DNA from: Candidatus Omnitrophota bacterium
GTDB lineage: Bacteria > Omnitrophota > Gorgyraeia > Zapsychrales > JANLHA01
DNA length: 51,864 bases
Assembly: GCA_023139575.1 (NCBI GenBank)
Contig: JAGLNJ010000068.1
Coordinates: 1 to 51,864, forward strand
Direction of reading: 5' to 3'
Part shown: positions 38,567 through 48,150 of the stretch, one piece after another
Numbering within the stretch: position 1 is the first letter of the stretch
Layout: every line of letters begins with the position of its first letter
The notes under the pieces: generated by a model
Told to the model about the DNA's origin: nothing
The model's database searches: none
What the model saw: the letters and a program-made list of their open reading frames with translations, nothing else
Program-made: the position numbers and the translations under genes

Positions 38567-39567
38567 TCTACTTCATTAAAGACTTCATCAACCGCAATCT
38601 CTTTCATGCAGATATTTTCCGGACATTTTAGAAAATAACAGGCCTCCCTGTTACATCCGGTGTCTTTTTGGATAATCGTATATTGCCCTTTTCCCCTGGG
38701 GCCGGTGATCTCAGGCCGGGTAGGACCAAACAGGCAGACAGTCTTTGTCCCGACGCAATTGGCGATGTGCATAGGACCGGAATCAGCTGATACCATAACA
38801 TCAGCCAATGACAATAAGGCCATCAATTCTTTCAAGGTCGTCTCTCCAGCAACAACAACAGGCTTGACATTAGAAAGCTTCACTATATCATCTACCAATC
38901 CCTTATCTTTCAGCGCACCCGGCACAACAACTTTGACTTTCAACGCAACCATCAACTGTTGAATCAAGGAAGCCACATTTTCTTTAGGCCAACGTTTCAA
39001 ATCCCAATTCCCTCCCGGGTTCACTACCACAACAAAATCTTTCTCTGTGATACCGGCATCGTTCAACTTCTTTTGCATGGTTGCTTTATCTTTAGAGCTC
39101 ACATCAATGCTGCATGTTCTATCCTTTATTTCAAAACCATACGATTCAATAACATGGGTATAAAAATCCGAACGGTGAACATCCCCTGTCAAATAGGATA
39201 CTTTATGGGTCAAGAATTTCCCGCGGTTTTTGGCATCATACCCGACGCGCTGCGGGATACCTGCCAGAAAAGCCAGCAGGGCGCGCGTCCAGGAACGATG
39301 CAGCAAAAAAACTAAATCAAATTTTCTTTTGCGCATCTCCTTTACTATATGAAACTTTCCCAATAAGCCGCGGCCCCTCCCTTTTTCATCGTAAATGATA
39401 ATCTCATCAATGCCAGGGCAGCTTTCCAATATCTCTTTTACCCTAGGCACAGCCAGACAAGTAACGCGGGCCTTTGGATATTTCGTTTTAATCGCCTTAA
39501 AAATAGGGGTGGAGAAAATAACATCTCCCACCCAATTCACATTGACAACTAAAATATTGTTAATCAT
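38545..39567 (-). CDS. glycosyltransferase family 9 (LPS heptosyltransferase-like)
   Basis: ILVVNVNWVGDVIFSTPIFKAI and SADSGPMHIANCVGT. C-terminal C-x4-C-x4-C-x4-C motif (GCNREACYFLKCPENICM). Confidence 0.85.
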   Translation of the reverse strand: MINNILVVNVNWVGDVIFSTPIFKAIKTKYPKARVTCLAVPRVKEILESCPGIDEIIIYDEKGRGRGLLGKFHIVKEMRKRKFDLVFLLHRSWTRALLAFLAGIPQRVGYDAKNRGKFLTHKVSYLTGDVHRSDFYTHVIESYGFEIKDRTCSIDVSSKDKATMQKKLNDAGITEKDFVVVVNPGGNWDLKRWPKENVASLIQQLMVALKVKVVVPGALKDKGLVDDIVKLSNVKPVVVAGETTLKELMALLSLADVMVSADSGPMHIANCVGTKTVCLFGPTRPEITGPRGKGQYTIIQKDTGCNREACYFLKCPENICMKEIAVDEVFNEVECLKKQK

Positions 39568-40667
39568 GTATGTTTTCCTGAAACCGCTCGATAAACTTCT
39601 GAAGTTTGTTCAGACATTTTTCCCGCAGAACATTCTTGATTAATAAAATCCCTTGCCTGCAGGCCCATTTGCTTCGCTTTGTCCTTTTGCGAAGAAAGCT
39701 CCAGAATAGCCTGCGTCAAACCGGCACGGTCTTGCGGCTCAACTAAGACGCCTGTTTTCTGATCATCAATGAGACTGGGCAACCCGCCAACTTTTGAGGC
39801 AATAACCGGTAAACCAGCAGCTTGTGCTTCCATAACAGAAAGACCCAATCCCTCCTGCAAAGACGGCATTACAAACAAGTCAAAGAGAGATAGAAATTCA
39901 TAGGTTTGATTAACCGTCGGGAAAAATCTGACCTGTTTTTCACATCCCAGTGAGGCAACCCGCTCCTTTAATGCGGCCTCCATCTTCCCTTCTCCAACGA
40001 TGATCAACGTGGCGTCAGGGACTTCCCGAAAAACTTCCGCCATGGCATCAATCAAAACTTCATGCCCCTTAACATCAGAAAGGCGAGCGATAATACCGAC
40101 TACCAGACTGCCTGTGATATCTTTCTGCTTTCGGCCTTCTGCTCTAGCCTGTTCCTCAACCAGCGGGAAATTATTAAGTTCAATCCCGTTCTTGACCAAA
40201 GCGATTTCATCTGCATAAACTGAAAAATCTTCAATGAGATGGTCCTTCACTGCCGGACTAATGGCAATCACTTTATCACCCCAGCACGGAAACATTTTAC
40301 GTGATAATTTTGGTTTAAAAAAACCATGGCAGGTAGAAACATAGGGTAGCGAACATTTTCTTTGCAACAGCGTCCCCATGACCTGTGTGACGCGGGTTTG
40401 AGCATGTAAAATATCAATACCATGCTTTTTTATAATGTTCACAATCGGCTTTAAGGAAAAATATAGTTTGGGACTTAATTCGGATTTTGTTTTGATATCA
40501 AAGGAGAAATGCTGTACACCCATACTGGTAAATTGCCCAACATTGTTGCCGCCACTGGATAAAATGCAGACCTCATCACCTCGTGCCATCAGCCCCTTTG
40601 ACAATGTGTAAAGGTAACTTGTGATGCCTCCGGCATTCAAATGAGTTGTCAAAAATAAAACCTTCAT
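39564..40667 (-). CDS. glycosyltransferase family 4 (GT-B, retaining type)
   Basis: MKVLFLTTHLNAGGITSY N-terminus and the E-x7-E region EGLGLSVMEAQAAGLPVIASKVGG. Confidence 0.85.
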   Translation of the reverse strand: MKVLFLTTHLNAGGITSYLYTLSKGLMARGDEVCILSSGGNNVGQFTSMGVQHFSFDIKTKSELSPKLYFSLKPIVNIIKKHGIDILHAQTRVTQVMGTLLQRKCSLPYVSTCHGFFKPKLSRKMFPCWGDKVIAISPAVKDHLIEDFSVYADEIALVKNGIELNNFPLVEEQARAEGRKQKDITGSLVVGIIARLSDVKGHEVLIDAMAEVFREVPDATLIIVGEGKMEAALKERVASLGCEKQVRFFPTVNQTYEFLSLFDLFVMPSLQEGLGLSVMEAQAAGLPVIASKVGGLPSLIDDQKTGVLVEPQDRAGLTQAILELSSQKDKAKQMGLQARDFINQECSAGKMSEQTSEVYRAVSGKHT

Positions 40668-42763
40668 TTTTCCTTAAGAAAACTCCGAACCCTATTCATA
40701 ACCTCTTCAACTTTGACATCCTTCATACAAACATGCGTGAAAATATTGCAATGAGGGCTGTAACAAGGCGCACATTCTAAATCTCTTTCGAATACAGCAT
40801 AACTCTTTGCCGGCGGCAAATGCCGTCTTGACGAAGTCGGCCCGAAAAAAGCAATAAACGGCGTTTTTACCGCTGCGGCAATATGCATCGGGGCCGAGTC
40901 GGGCGTGATAAAAACATCGCAACGTTTGATCAGAGCGGCTAATTCCATAATAGATGTTTTGCCGACAAAATTAGCGGGTTTGGTCTTGACTTGGCCAAGA
41001 ATATTTCGCGCCTGTTCCTTATCACCTTCCGTACCCGTGATCAAGGCCCTGATATTTTCACTGGCGAGTTGATCGCACAATCGCGCGATGTTTTCAATAG
41101 GCCAATTTTTTGTCCTCCACTTCTCCGAAGCAGAAATATTAATACCCACTACCTTCATGTTCTTCGCCACCCATTCTGAATTGAGAAACTTTTCAATATA
41201 CTTCCTGTCTTTTTCCGTCGGTGAAAGCTCCAGCATAACTTCTTTTTTGTAATCTATGCCCATCAATTTCAACACTTGAAATTGATGCTCTACGGGAGAA
41301 ATATTTGTTTCGGGATCCTTAACGGGATTCTTAATAACAAAACCCAGTTTCCCCCGTTTATAGCCATAGCTGTTCCGGGCAAAACTTAAGGCTGTTAAAA
41401 AATGGCTTCTGTTGTTATTCTGAAAATCAATGATCATATCAAAATGATTTCTTCTTAACTTTTTGGCAAAACGTATCATCTTCCACAATCCTTTATCTTT
41501 GCCCTTAATATCCATAACAATAACCTCATCCACATAAGAACACCGCTGCAGAACCTGTCGAGACTCTTTTCCGACTAAACAGAAAATCTTAGCCTTGGGA
41601 AATTTTCGTCGAAGCGCTTTCAAAGATGCCGTAATTAAAATAACATCCCCAATGGAACTCATCTTGATAACCAGAATATTCAAAGAATCAAGTAGCTCAA
41701 GATAAACATCCATTGTCTGGCCGGCCATGTGATCCAAAGTAAACTTTTCCTTCAATTTGACTTTTGCGTTCACTACCAATTCTTTGGCGAATTTCTTATC
41801 CTTCAAAACACTTAAAACCGCCTTCGCCATACCATCCGGATCCTTGGGTAATACCAACATTCCTGTTTTACGATCATCAATGATTTCGACCACACCGCCG
41901 ACTTTTGTGGCGACAACAGGAATGCCGATCGCCTGGGCCTCCAGGATAACCCTGCCGAACGATTCCGGCCGGATTGATGACATCACCAGCAAATCTGATT
42001 CAGCCAATAGCTGCGGCACATCTTTGCGGTTGCCCAAAAACTCTACAAAATCACTCAACCCTAAACGACGCGTTAAAACTTCCAATTCTTCACGATAGAC
42101 TGGTTTTTTGGCCGGGGCATCACCAATGATAAGGATCTTTACAAAAGGCATGATCCGCACAACTCTGGCCATCGCCTTTAAAAAATATTTATGTCCTTTC
42201 AGCGGCGTAAGCCTGCCTACAATCGCTATCGTATAAGATGATTTTCCTTTGGTTTCAGTTTTTTTCACATTAAAACGTTTTAAATCAACGCTGCGCGGGA
42301 TACAACGGATGCTCTCTGCCGCGACCTTGTAGGTCTCGATCATATGCCTCCCGATAATAGAGCTGGGGACAATAACATATTTTCCCCAACCCATAACGGA
42401 GCTGAAAATTCGATTTGAATAATAACCATGGCACGTGGTAATAAATTTAGCTGGGGTTTGACGGCAGGCAAAATAGGCCACCCACCCGGGCACGCGAGAT
42501 CGGGCATGAACGATATCCATTTTCTCTTGAAGGATGATTTGGCGTAATTTCTTCACACATTTAATCATGGTGAATATATTCTTTTTGTGAACAGGCAAGC
42601 TATAGTGTGTGGCACCCGATTTTTCCAAATCCTCGACTAACAACCCTCCACGAGAAACAACAACAGCTTTATGTCCGCGCTCAATAAGATATTTAGCAAA
42701 ATCAACCGTCCCCGTTTCAACGCCGCCAACATTTAATTCTGGTAAAATTTGCAATACTTTCAT
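40664..42763 (-). CDS. bifunctional glycosyltransferase: N-terminal GT4 fused to C-terminal GT9
   Basis: aa 1-~360 are GT4 (MKVLQILPELNVGGVETG, ESFGRVILEAQAIGIPVVATKVGG). aa ~365-699 are GT9 (ILVIKMSSIGDVILITASLKAL, TPDSAPMHIAAAV, Cys cluster ECAPCYSPHCNIFTHVCM). One uninterrupted 699-aa ORF. Confidence 0.8.
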   Translation of the reverse strand: MKVLQILPELNVGGVETGTVDFAKYLIERGHKAVVVSRGGLLVEDLEKSGATHYSLPVHKKNIFTMIKCVKKLRQIILQEKMDIVHARSRVPGWVAYFACRQTPAKFITTCHGYYSNRIFSSVMGWGKYVIVPSSIIGRHMIETYKVAAESIRCIPRSVDLKRFNVKKTETKGKSSYTIAIVGRLTPLKGHKYFLKAMARVVRIMPFVKILIIGDAPAKKPVYREELEVLTRRLGLSDFVEFLGNRKDVPQLLAESDLLVMSSIRPESFGRVILEAQAIGIPVVATKVGGVVEIIDDRKTGMLVLPKDPDGMAKAVLSVLKDKKFAKELVVNAKVKLKEKFTLDHMAGQTMDVYLELLDSLNILVIKMSSIGDVILITASLKALRRKFPKAKIFCLVGKESRQVLQRCSYVDEVIVMDIKGKDKGLWKMIRFAKKLRRNHFDMIIDFQNNNRSHFLTALSFARNSYGYKRGKLGFVIKNPVKDPETNISPVEHQFQVLKLMGIDYKKEVMLELSPTEKDRKYIEKFLNSEWVAKNMKVVGINISASEKWRTKNWPIENIARLCDQLASENIRALITGTEGDKEQARNILGQVKTKPANFVGKTSIMELAALIKRCDVFITPDSAPMHIAAAVKTPFIAFFGPTSSRRHLPPAKSYAVFERDLECAPCYSPHCNIFTHVCMKDVKVEEVMNRVRSFLKEK

Positions 42764-42820
42764 AAAAATATCCCTTAATTTAAGACGGATGGCAGAGACG
42801 ACTTAAAAGGATCGACCATG

Positions 42821-44785
42821 CTATATGATGTTACTTAATCCCTCTTCAATGGATGGATTGTCATTCAGTTTTATCAGTTGGATTTTATTCTTGGCAATAT
42901 TATAAAGTGATTCTTTTAAATTCTGCGGTTCCGTTGATAATATAAAATTCTGCTCATTAAGGATGTCGATAAAACGATTATGCTTACTGGCAATTTTAGC
43001 ACTCTTCAAGCGTTCTTCCATCGGAAAAACCAGCGTGGGTTTCCCTGAACTGGCGGCTTCAGATATCATCGAAATACTGTCCCCGGAGACAACCACAGCA
43101 TCAGCCACGCCTAAAATCCCGCCCACCGCCTCAGAAACATTATGATGGTTGGCAATAATCAGCAAACGGCAACGGAGATATTTTCTCAATTCCCTTTGCA
43201 ACAGAGATTCTATTTTAACTGGTGTCCGTCGGGAAGTGGTAACCAGCAATTCAACCTTTTCTTCATTAGCCAGCTCTTTGAGTTGATTAATCACTATGCG
43301 AACAGACTTCTCACTTAAAATATGATTCTTAGTATCTCCTCCCAGCAATAATCCCACCTTGTATCCCCCGCCTATTTTAAGGTGAGAAAATCTTTTTAAA
43401 AGCTGCTCTGATTGCTCTTCCAAATATTTTTTGGTAATCAGGTTGGGGGCCCCTTTGGTAATGATCACATTCTCCTTTGGCTTGGATTTATCATGCTGCG
43501 GTAAAATCACGGCATCAAATTTCTTAATGCTGAGCAGGCCGGGTTTTAAGATGGCAATACTTTTGGCCTGTTGGTCCTCACTTAATAAATAATTCAATCC
43601 AGCCGTTGAAGAACCGCATGAAATAATAAAATCCGCTTTTGAGGAAACAACCCGCTGAAAGGATTCTCTTGTTAGAAATCCTTTTACAAAACCTAAACGA
43701 TTCGTGTAGAGAACATTATGAACGAGTGGTATGAGTAACGAGAAAAATGTCTGGGCAAAGACACTTTTATAATTAACATCAAAGGTTTTAATTTCCGTCT
43801 TCATACCCTTCTTTTGCAGAAGCGTTGCTAAACACCTCGCCGTTGCCTGAGATTGACGCAGATGGCCGGTTTTTTCATCGTTTAAAATGACTATGACTGA
43901 TTCTTTTGAATACTTCCATATTTTATAGAACCACATATACTCTTGGGGACATTTGCGGATATAATCCTCCATCAGGGGAGTCAATTGAGATAAATTGGCC
44001 TTTATATCACTTTCCATATTACCCGTCTTTATAAGCTTCAGGGGCTCATGAATAGTGAGCCGGTGACGAAATCCATTCTGACGGACAATGATTGAAAAAC
44101 ATATAGCCACATCCATTTTTAAAGCCAGTCTGATGGCACCTACAGCCATACTAGCCTGCCTGTCAAAAAATGGCATCAGCATACCGTCTCGCCCACCCTG
44201 ATCAACGACCATGCCAATAACTTCATTATTCTTTAAACAATTGATTAATCCACGCACCCCGATACCTCTTTCAATGATATCGGCCCCGGTGCGGGTGCGA
44301 TAAGAATTCAGCAAATTGTCTAACCGCTTAAATCGCGGCTGCGGTTTCACAAACACTTTGTACGGCCTGCCCATCATCGCAGGAGCCAAACTGGCAATCT
44401 CCCAACTGCCGTAGTGCATAGCCAGAAGAATAACCCCATTCCCTTTTTTCGCGGCTTCATCTACGTTTTCCTTACCCTCCACCTCTACAAAATCCTCAAA
44501 GTTCTGCGTGTTCATCAATGGAAGCCGCAATAATTCTATGATATTTTGTCCAAAATTCATAAAAAACTGCTTTGTCAACCTCTTGATCTCGCAGGGTTTT
44601 TTATCCTGGGCAAAGGCGACTTTCAGATTGAGATAAACCAAGGACTTACGCTTAATATCAACATAATAAGCTATAAGCCCCGTCACACGGCCCACCCCTA
44701 AAGCCATACCAGCAGGTAAAAAGCGGATAAATAAACTAATACTTCTAACGATTAAGTACACCAGATAATCGATCAATGAATTCAT
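42821..44785 (-). CDS. fusion of lipid A late acyltransferase (LpxL/HtrB family) and an ELM1/DUF1022-family domain
   Basis: aa 1-~295: N-terminal TM segment, active-site-like AMHYGSWE, and C-terminal PQEYMWFYKIWK as in LpxL. aa ~297-654: VIVILNDEKTGHLRQSQ, LLLGGDTKNH, LVTTSRRTP and VSGDSISMISEAASSGKP, matching my recollection of PF06258 (ELM1). Confidence 0.75.
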   Translation of the reverse strand: MNSLIDYLVYLIVRSISLFIRFLPAGMALGVGRVTGLIAYYVDIKRKSLVYLNLKVAFAQDKKPCEIKRLTKQFFMNFGQNIIELLRLPLMNTQNFEDFVEVEGKENVDEAAKKGNGVILLAMHYGSWEIASLAPAMMGRPYKVFVKPQPRFKRLDNLLNSYRTRTGADIIERGIGVRGLINCLKNNEVIGMVVDQGGRDGMLMPFFDRQASMAVGAIRLALKMDVAICFSIIVRQNGFRHRLTIHEPLKLIKTGNMESDIKANLSQLTPLMEDYIRKCPQEYMWFYKIWKYSKESVIVILNDEKTGHLRQSQATARCLATLLQKKGMKTEIKTFDVNYKSVFAQTFFSLLIPLVHNVLYTNRLGFVKGFLTRESFQRVVSSKADFIISCGSSTAGLNYLLSEDQQAKSIAILKPGLLSIKKFDAVILPQHDKSKPKENVIITKGAPNLITKKYLEEQSEQLLKRFSHLKIGGGYKVGLLLGGDTKNHILSEKSVRIVINQLKELANEEKVELLVTTSRRTPVKIESLLQRELRKYLRCRLLIIANHHNVSEAVGGILGVADAVVVSGDSISMISEAASSGKPTLVFPMEERLKSAKIASKHNRFIDILNEQNFILSTEPQNLKESLYNIAKNKIQLIKLNDNPSIEEGLSNII

Positions 44786-45815
44786 TTCCCCTCTCTTTTA
44801 TTTGTAAAGCAACATGCAAAAATAAAACTTTCAAATTCTCCGGTATAGAATCCTTAAACTCTCTTAATTTGATGGCATCCTTATGGGTTGTAATAATAAA
44901 ATCGGCACCAAGGCTTTCCGTCTCCTTAACGATACGAAGAATATCATCCCGTGTATAACAATAATGATCCCTGAAAACAAAATCTTTATCCACCTGCACG
45001 CCTAAGCTTCTTACATTCTTTTGAAAACTCCCTGGATCTCCTATAGCACATAAAGATACTGCCGTCTTCTTATCCATGTTTGATAATTCATATCTCTGGC
45101 CGCCATGAACATCCTGAAAATACTGTGGCAAATGCACCGCCTGAAATATAGTGGCCCGGGAATTGATCCGATTCAATTTCGATTTGATAATCTTAATATT
45201 TTCATGTCCAAGGTCACTTTTAGTAAGGACAAATATATGCGCCCTGCGCAAAGAATATAACGGCTCCCGCAATATCCCTCTGGGCAGCAAGTGTCCATTT
45301 CCAAAAGGATTTGCAGCATCTATCGCGACTATATTCAAATCACGCCGCACACGCCAATGCTGAAACCCATCATCTAAAACAAAGACATCCGGATCATGAT
45401 CTAAAAGAATTTGCCGGGCCGTATTTAAACGGTTTTTTCCTACCCCAACCGGGACGTCAGGAAGCAGTTCCTCAAGTAATTGCGCCTCGTCACTTTTTGG
45501 AGATTGCGTCCGTTCATTTCCTTTAGGCATATATCCACGCAGTAAAACAGAAGGTTTTTTACCCCGGGCTTGTAATAACTGTGAAATATTTAAAACCAAA
45601 GGGGTCTTGCCAACCCCCCCCAAAGTCACATTACCCACGCTGATTACAGGCTTTGAAAGACGGACACTCTCTAAAATACCAAATTTATATAGCAAACGCA
45701 GGCAAATCACCCCTAAAAGGTAAAAAATTGAAAGAATAAACAGCAAAAATTTTATCCCCCCAGCCAGACTGCCTCGCCGTTTGTCAGTCATCAAGCTATA
45801 AATATAATCATGCAT
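44745..45815 (-). CDS. lpxK: tetraacyldisaccharide 4'-kinase
   Basis: P-loop VGNVTLGGVGKTP, then LLRGYM and DDGFQH. The track start is TTG 45830; ATG 45815 is used here. Either is possible. Confidence 0.9.
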   Translation of the reverse strand: MHDYIYSLMTDKRRGSLAGGIKFLLFILSIFYLLGVICLRLLYKFGILESVRLSKPVISVGNVTLGGVGKTPLVLNISQLLQARGKKPSVLLRGYMPKGNERTQSPKSDEAQLLEELLPDVPVGVGKNRLNTARQILLDHDPDVFVLDDGFQHWRVRRDLNIVAIDAANPFGNGHLLPRGILREPLYSLRRAHIFVLTKSDLGHENIKIIKSKLNRINSRATIFQAVHLPQYFQDVHGGQRYELSNMDKKTAVSLCAIGDPGSFQKNVRSLGVQVDKDFVFRDHYCYTRDDILRIVKETESLGADFIITTHKDAIKLREFKDSIPENLKVLFLHVALQIKERGNEFIDRLSGVLNR

Positions 45816-45920
45816 CGAACTTTCTTTCAATAAAAGATGGCTTGGTTTGATTTTTTATTTTACACGATTTTCGTAATTATACTATAAGTATTATTAGTAT
45901 TATTAATAACTTGGGAGGAG

Positions 45921-47225
45921 TCATTTTGAAAAGAGTTTATCTTGAATGATTTGGAATGTCCGTTGGGTGGCCCCCTTGTTCTTTTCGACAACATTTTTTG
46001 CTGCCATACCTAAAGCAGTACGCTGATGTGGCTGATTAATAAGATCTCGTATGGTGCTCACCAAAACCTGCGGGCCATTTATCTGCACCAAAGCTTTATC
46101 CTGTAAAAAGAGTTGAGAGATATGTCGAAAATTTTGCATATTCGGTCCCACAATGATAGCCTTTCCGAAAGAAGCCGGTTCTATAATATTCTGTCCTCCC
46201 CGGCCCGTGAGGCTTTTACCAATAAAGACCAAAGCAGCAATTTTATAAAGGTATCGCAAATGGCCTATCGTGTCAACAACGACAACATCATCCGGATTGA
46301 TATTCCCTTGTAACTGCGAAAACTTTTTAGGATTAAACCCTTGCTCTCGAATAATATTTTCAATCTCTTGGGTCCTTTCGATATGCCGCGGCGCAATAAG
46401 CAGGCGCAAAAAAGGAAATTCCTCACGTAAGACATTAAGAGTTTCCAGCAGCACCTTCTCCTCACCGGGGTGTGTGCTGCCTGCTGCAAAAACAAAATCA
46501 TCTTCAGCATAGCCTAGCTTTTTCATATCGCAGGCTTTTTGTTCAAAGGCATTATCAAATTTCACATTACCAACAACCTTGACCATGTTACGGGCAACCC
46601 CCAGGGCATGTATCTTATCGGCATCTTCATCGCTTTGCATGCAAAAGATATTAACATGCGCAAGAACCGGTTTTAATAAAAAACGGACTCGCTTATACCA
46701 GGTAAAAGCCTTATCCGATATGCGCCCGTTTATCTGAATGATAGGAACTTTGTTATTTGCCAGAGATGTGAATAAATTGGGCCATATTTCCGTCTCGGCT
46801 AAAACATATAGAACAGGATTGATAGCCTTAACGAAACGCCCGGTTGCCCAGCTAAAATCCAGGGGCGCATAAACCAGAGTGACATCATCCCCGATTTTTG
46901 TCAGAGCTATCTTATGACCTGTCTTGGTCACTGTGGATAAAACTATCCGATAAGAAGGCAACTCCTGCTTGATTTTTTGGATCATCCCCGCAACAGCCAG
47001 GACTTCGCCAACGCTGACAGCGTGCACCCATATATTTTTTTTCCCTTGGAATTGCTCATAAAAATTTTTAGGCAAAAAGCCCAGACGTGTAAAAAAATCC
47101 TTATGCCACTTCCCTTTGAGAAAAAGTATTGGCAGATAAAATATTGAAAAAATGAGAAAAATCAAGTTATAAAAAATTGTCACCAAATAATACCTTCCTT
47201 CATGCCCGAGGATGGGCTTTATCAT
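45921..47225 (-). CDS. waaA: 3-deoxy-D-manno-octulosonic acid (Kdo) transferase
   Basis: N-terminal membrane anchor, IWVHAVSVGE motif and GT30 architecture. Adjacent to lpxK. Confidence 0.9.
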   Translation of the reverse strand: MIKPILGHEGRYYLVTIFYNLIFLIFSIFYLPILFLKGKWHKDFFTRLGFLPKNFYEQFQGKKNIWVHAVSVGEVLAVAGMIQKIKQELPSYRIVLSTVTKTGHKIALTKIGDDVTLVYAPLDFSWATGRFVKAINPVLYVLAETEIWPNLFTSLANNKVPIIQINGRISDKAFTWYKRVRFLLKPVLAHVNIFCMQSDEDADKIHALGVARNMVKVVGNVKFDNAFEQKACDMKKLGYAEDDFVFAAGSTHPGEEKVLLETLNVLREEFPFLRLLIAPRHIERTQEIENIIREQGFNPKKFSQLQGNINPDDVVVVDTIGHLRYLYKIAALVFIGKSLTGRGGQNIIEPASFGKAIIVGPNMQNFRHISQLFLQDKALVQINGPQVLVSTIRDLINQPHQRTALGMAAKNVVEKNKGATQRTFQIIQDKLFSK

Positions 47226-48060
47226 ATATATTCTTCAATCGTTCGGTCGTCACATGGGTATAAATTTGCGTCGTGGAAAGATTAACATGCCCCAACAGCT
47301 CTTGAACCGAACGCAAATCAGCCCCCCGATTTAATAAATGCGTTGCAAAAGAATGTCGCAAAACATGTGGCGAGACGTTCATACGCAGCGACGTTGTAAG
47401 AATATGTTTTTTTAAAATATTGCCTACACTTCGCGCTGTTAAGCGTGTTTTATTCTTATTGAGAAACAAAGCCCGGCCAGAGGACTTTCGCTGATCCAAA
47501 TAATCCCTCATAGCATCAACCGCTGGTTCACCTATCGGTACCAGACGTTCTTTACGCCCCTTCCCTTTAACTTTGACGATATTGCCGATAAAATCCACAT
47601 CCATCACATCAAGACCGACAAGTTCAGAAACACGAATGCCTGTACTATAGAGGGTCTCCATAATAGCCCGGTCCCGCCGGTCAGCAGACTTCGGCAATCT
47701 GGGAGATTCAATCAGCTGAATCATTTCATCCTCTGTTAAAAATTTTGGCAGTATCTTATCCAGCTTCGGGGTAACCAAGAGCAAAGCAGGATTATCCGTG
47801 ATAAATCCTTCACGATGAAGAAATTTAAAGAAACTGCGCAAGGAAGACAACTTCCGGGCCAAGGAGCGTGGTTTAAGGTGCTTCGTGCGTAATTGAGCAA
47901 GATATTTCCGAAAATGAATATACATCACCCTTTGTACGGGGATATCTTCGGAGAATTTGATAAATTCATCCAGGTCAATGCGATAATTGAGTATCGTGTG
48001 CGGAGAGTAATTCTTCTCTATTTCCAAATAGTCGATAAATTTATCAATATACCGATTCAT
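47200..48060 (-). CDS. xerC: site-specific tyrosine recombinase XerC/XerD family
   Basis: SAM-like N-domain. Catalytic residues in TGIRVSEL, HVLRHSFATHLL and LGHVNLSTTQIYTHV. dprA-topA-xerC synteny. The XerC versus XerD assignment is by context only. Confidence 0.8.
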   Translation of the reverse strand: MNRYIDKFIDYLEIEKNYSPHTILNYRIDLDEFIKFSEDIPVQRVMYIHFRKYLAQLRTKHLKPRSLARKLSSLRSFFKFLHREGFITDNPALLLVTPKLDKILPKFLTEDEMIQLIESPRLPKSADRRDRAIMETLYSTGIRVSELVGLDVMDVDFIGNIVKVKGKGRKERLVPIGEPAVDAMRDYLDQRKSSGRALFLNKNKTRLTARSVGNILKKHILTTSLRMNVSPHVLRHSFATHLLNRGADLRSVQELLGHVNLSTTQIYTHVTTERLKNIYDKAHPRA

Positions 48061-48099
48061 AAATAATTAGTTGGTAATCCGTTAACCATGAACACACAT

Positions 48100-48135
48100 A
48101 TTATAACAGCATGTCAACCCGTCATGTCATTTCTT
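48100..48135 (-). promoter_or_regulatory. candidate extended -10 promoter (TGTTATAAT) with a tandem TGACATG heptamer upstream of xerC
   Basis: On the minus strand, TGT-TATAAT lies at 48108-48100, about 40 nt before the xerC ATG. TGACATG occurs twice (48129-48123 and 48116-48110). Sequence match only. Confidence 0.3.
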
Positions 48136-48150
48136 AATTTTAAAAGTAAA

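Noticed and set aside
47200-48060. Tyrosine recombinase as a marker of an integrated mobile element.
   Set aside because: It sits in the conserved dprA-topA-xerC housekeeping context, has Xer-type length and motifs, and has no flanking repeats, phage or transfer genes. It is best read as the chromosome dimer resolvase.
48110-48116. TTGACA immediately upstream of the xerC TATAAT as a -35 box.
   Set aside because: The spacing to the -10 is only 6 nt, so it cannot be a -35 element. It is treated instead as one copy of a tandem TGACATG heptamer next to an extended -10.
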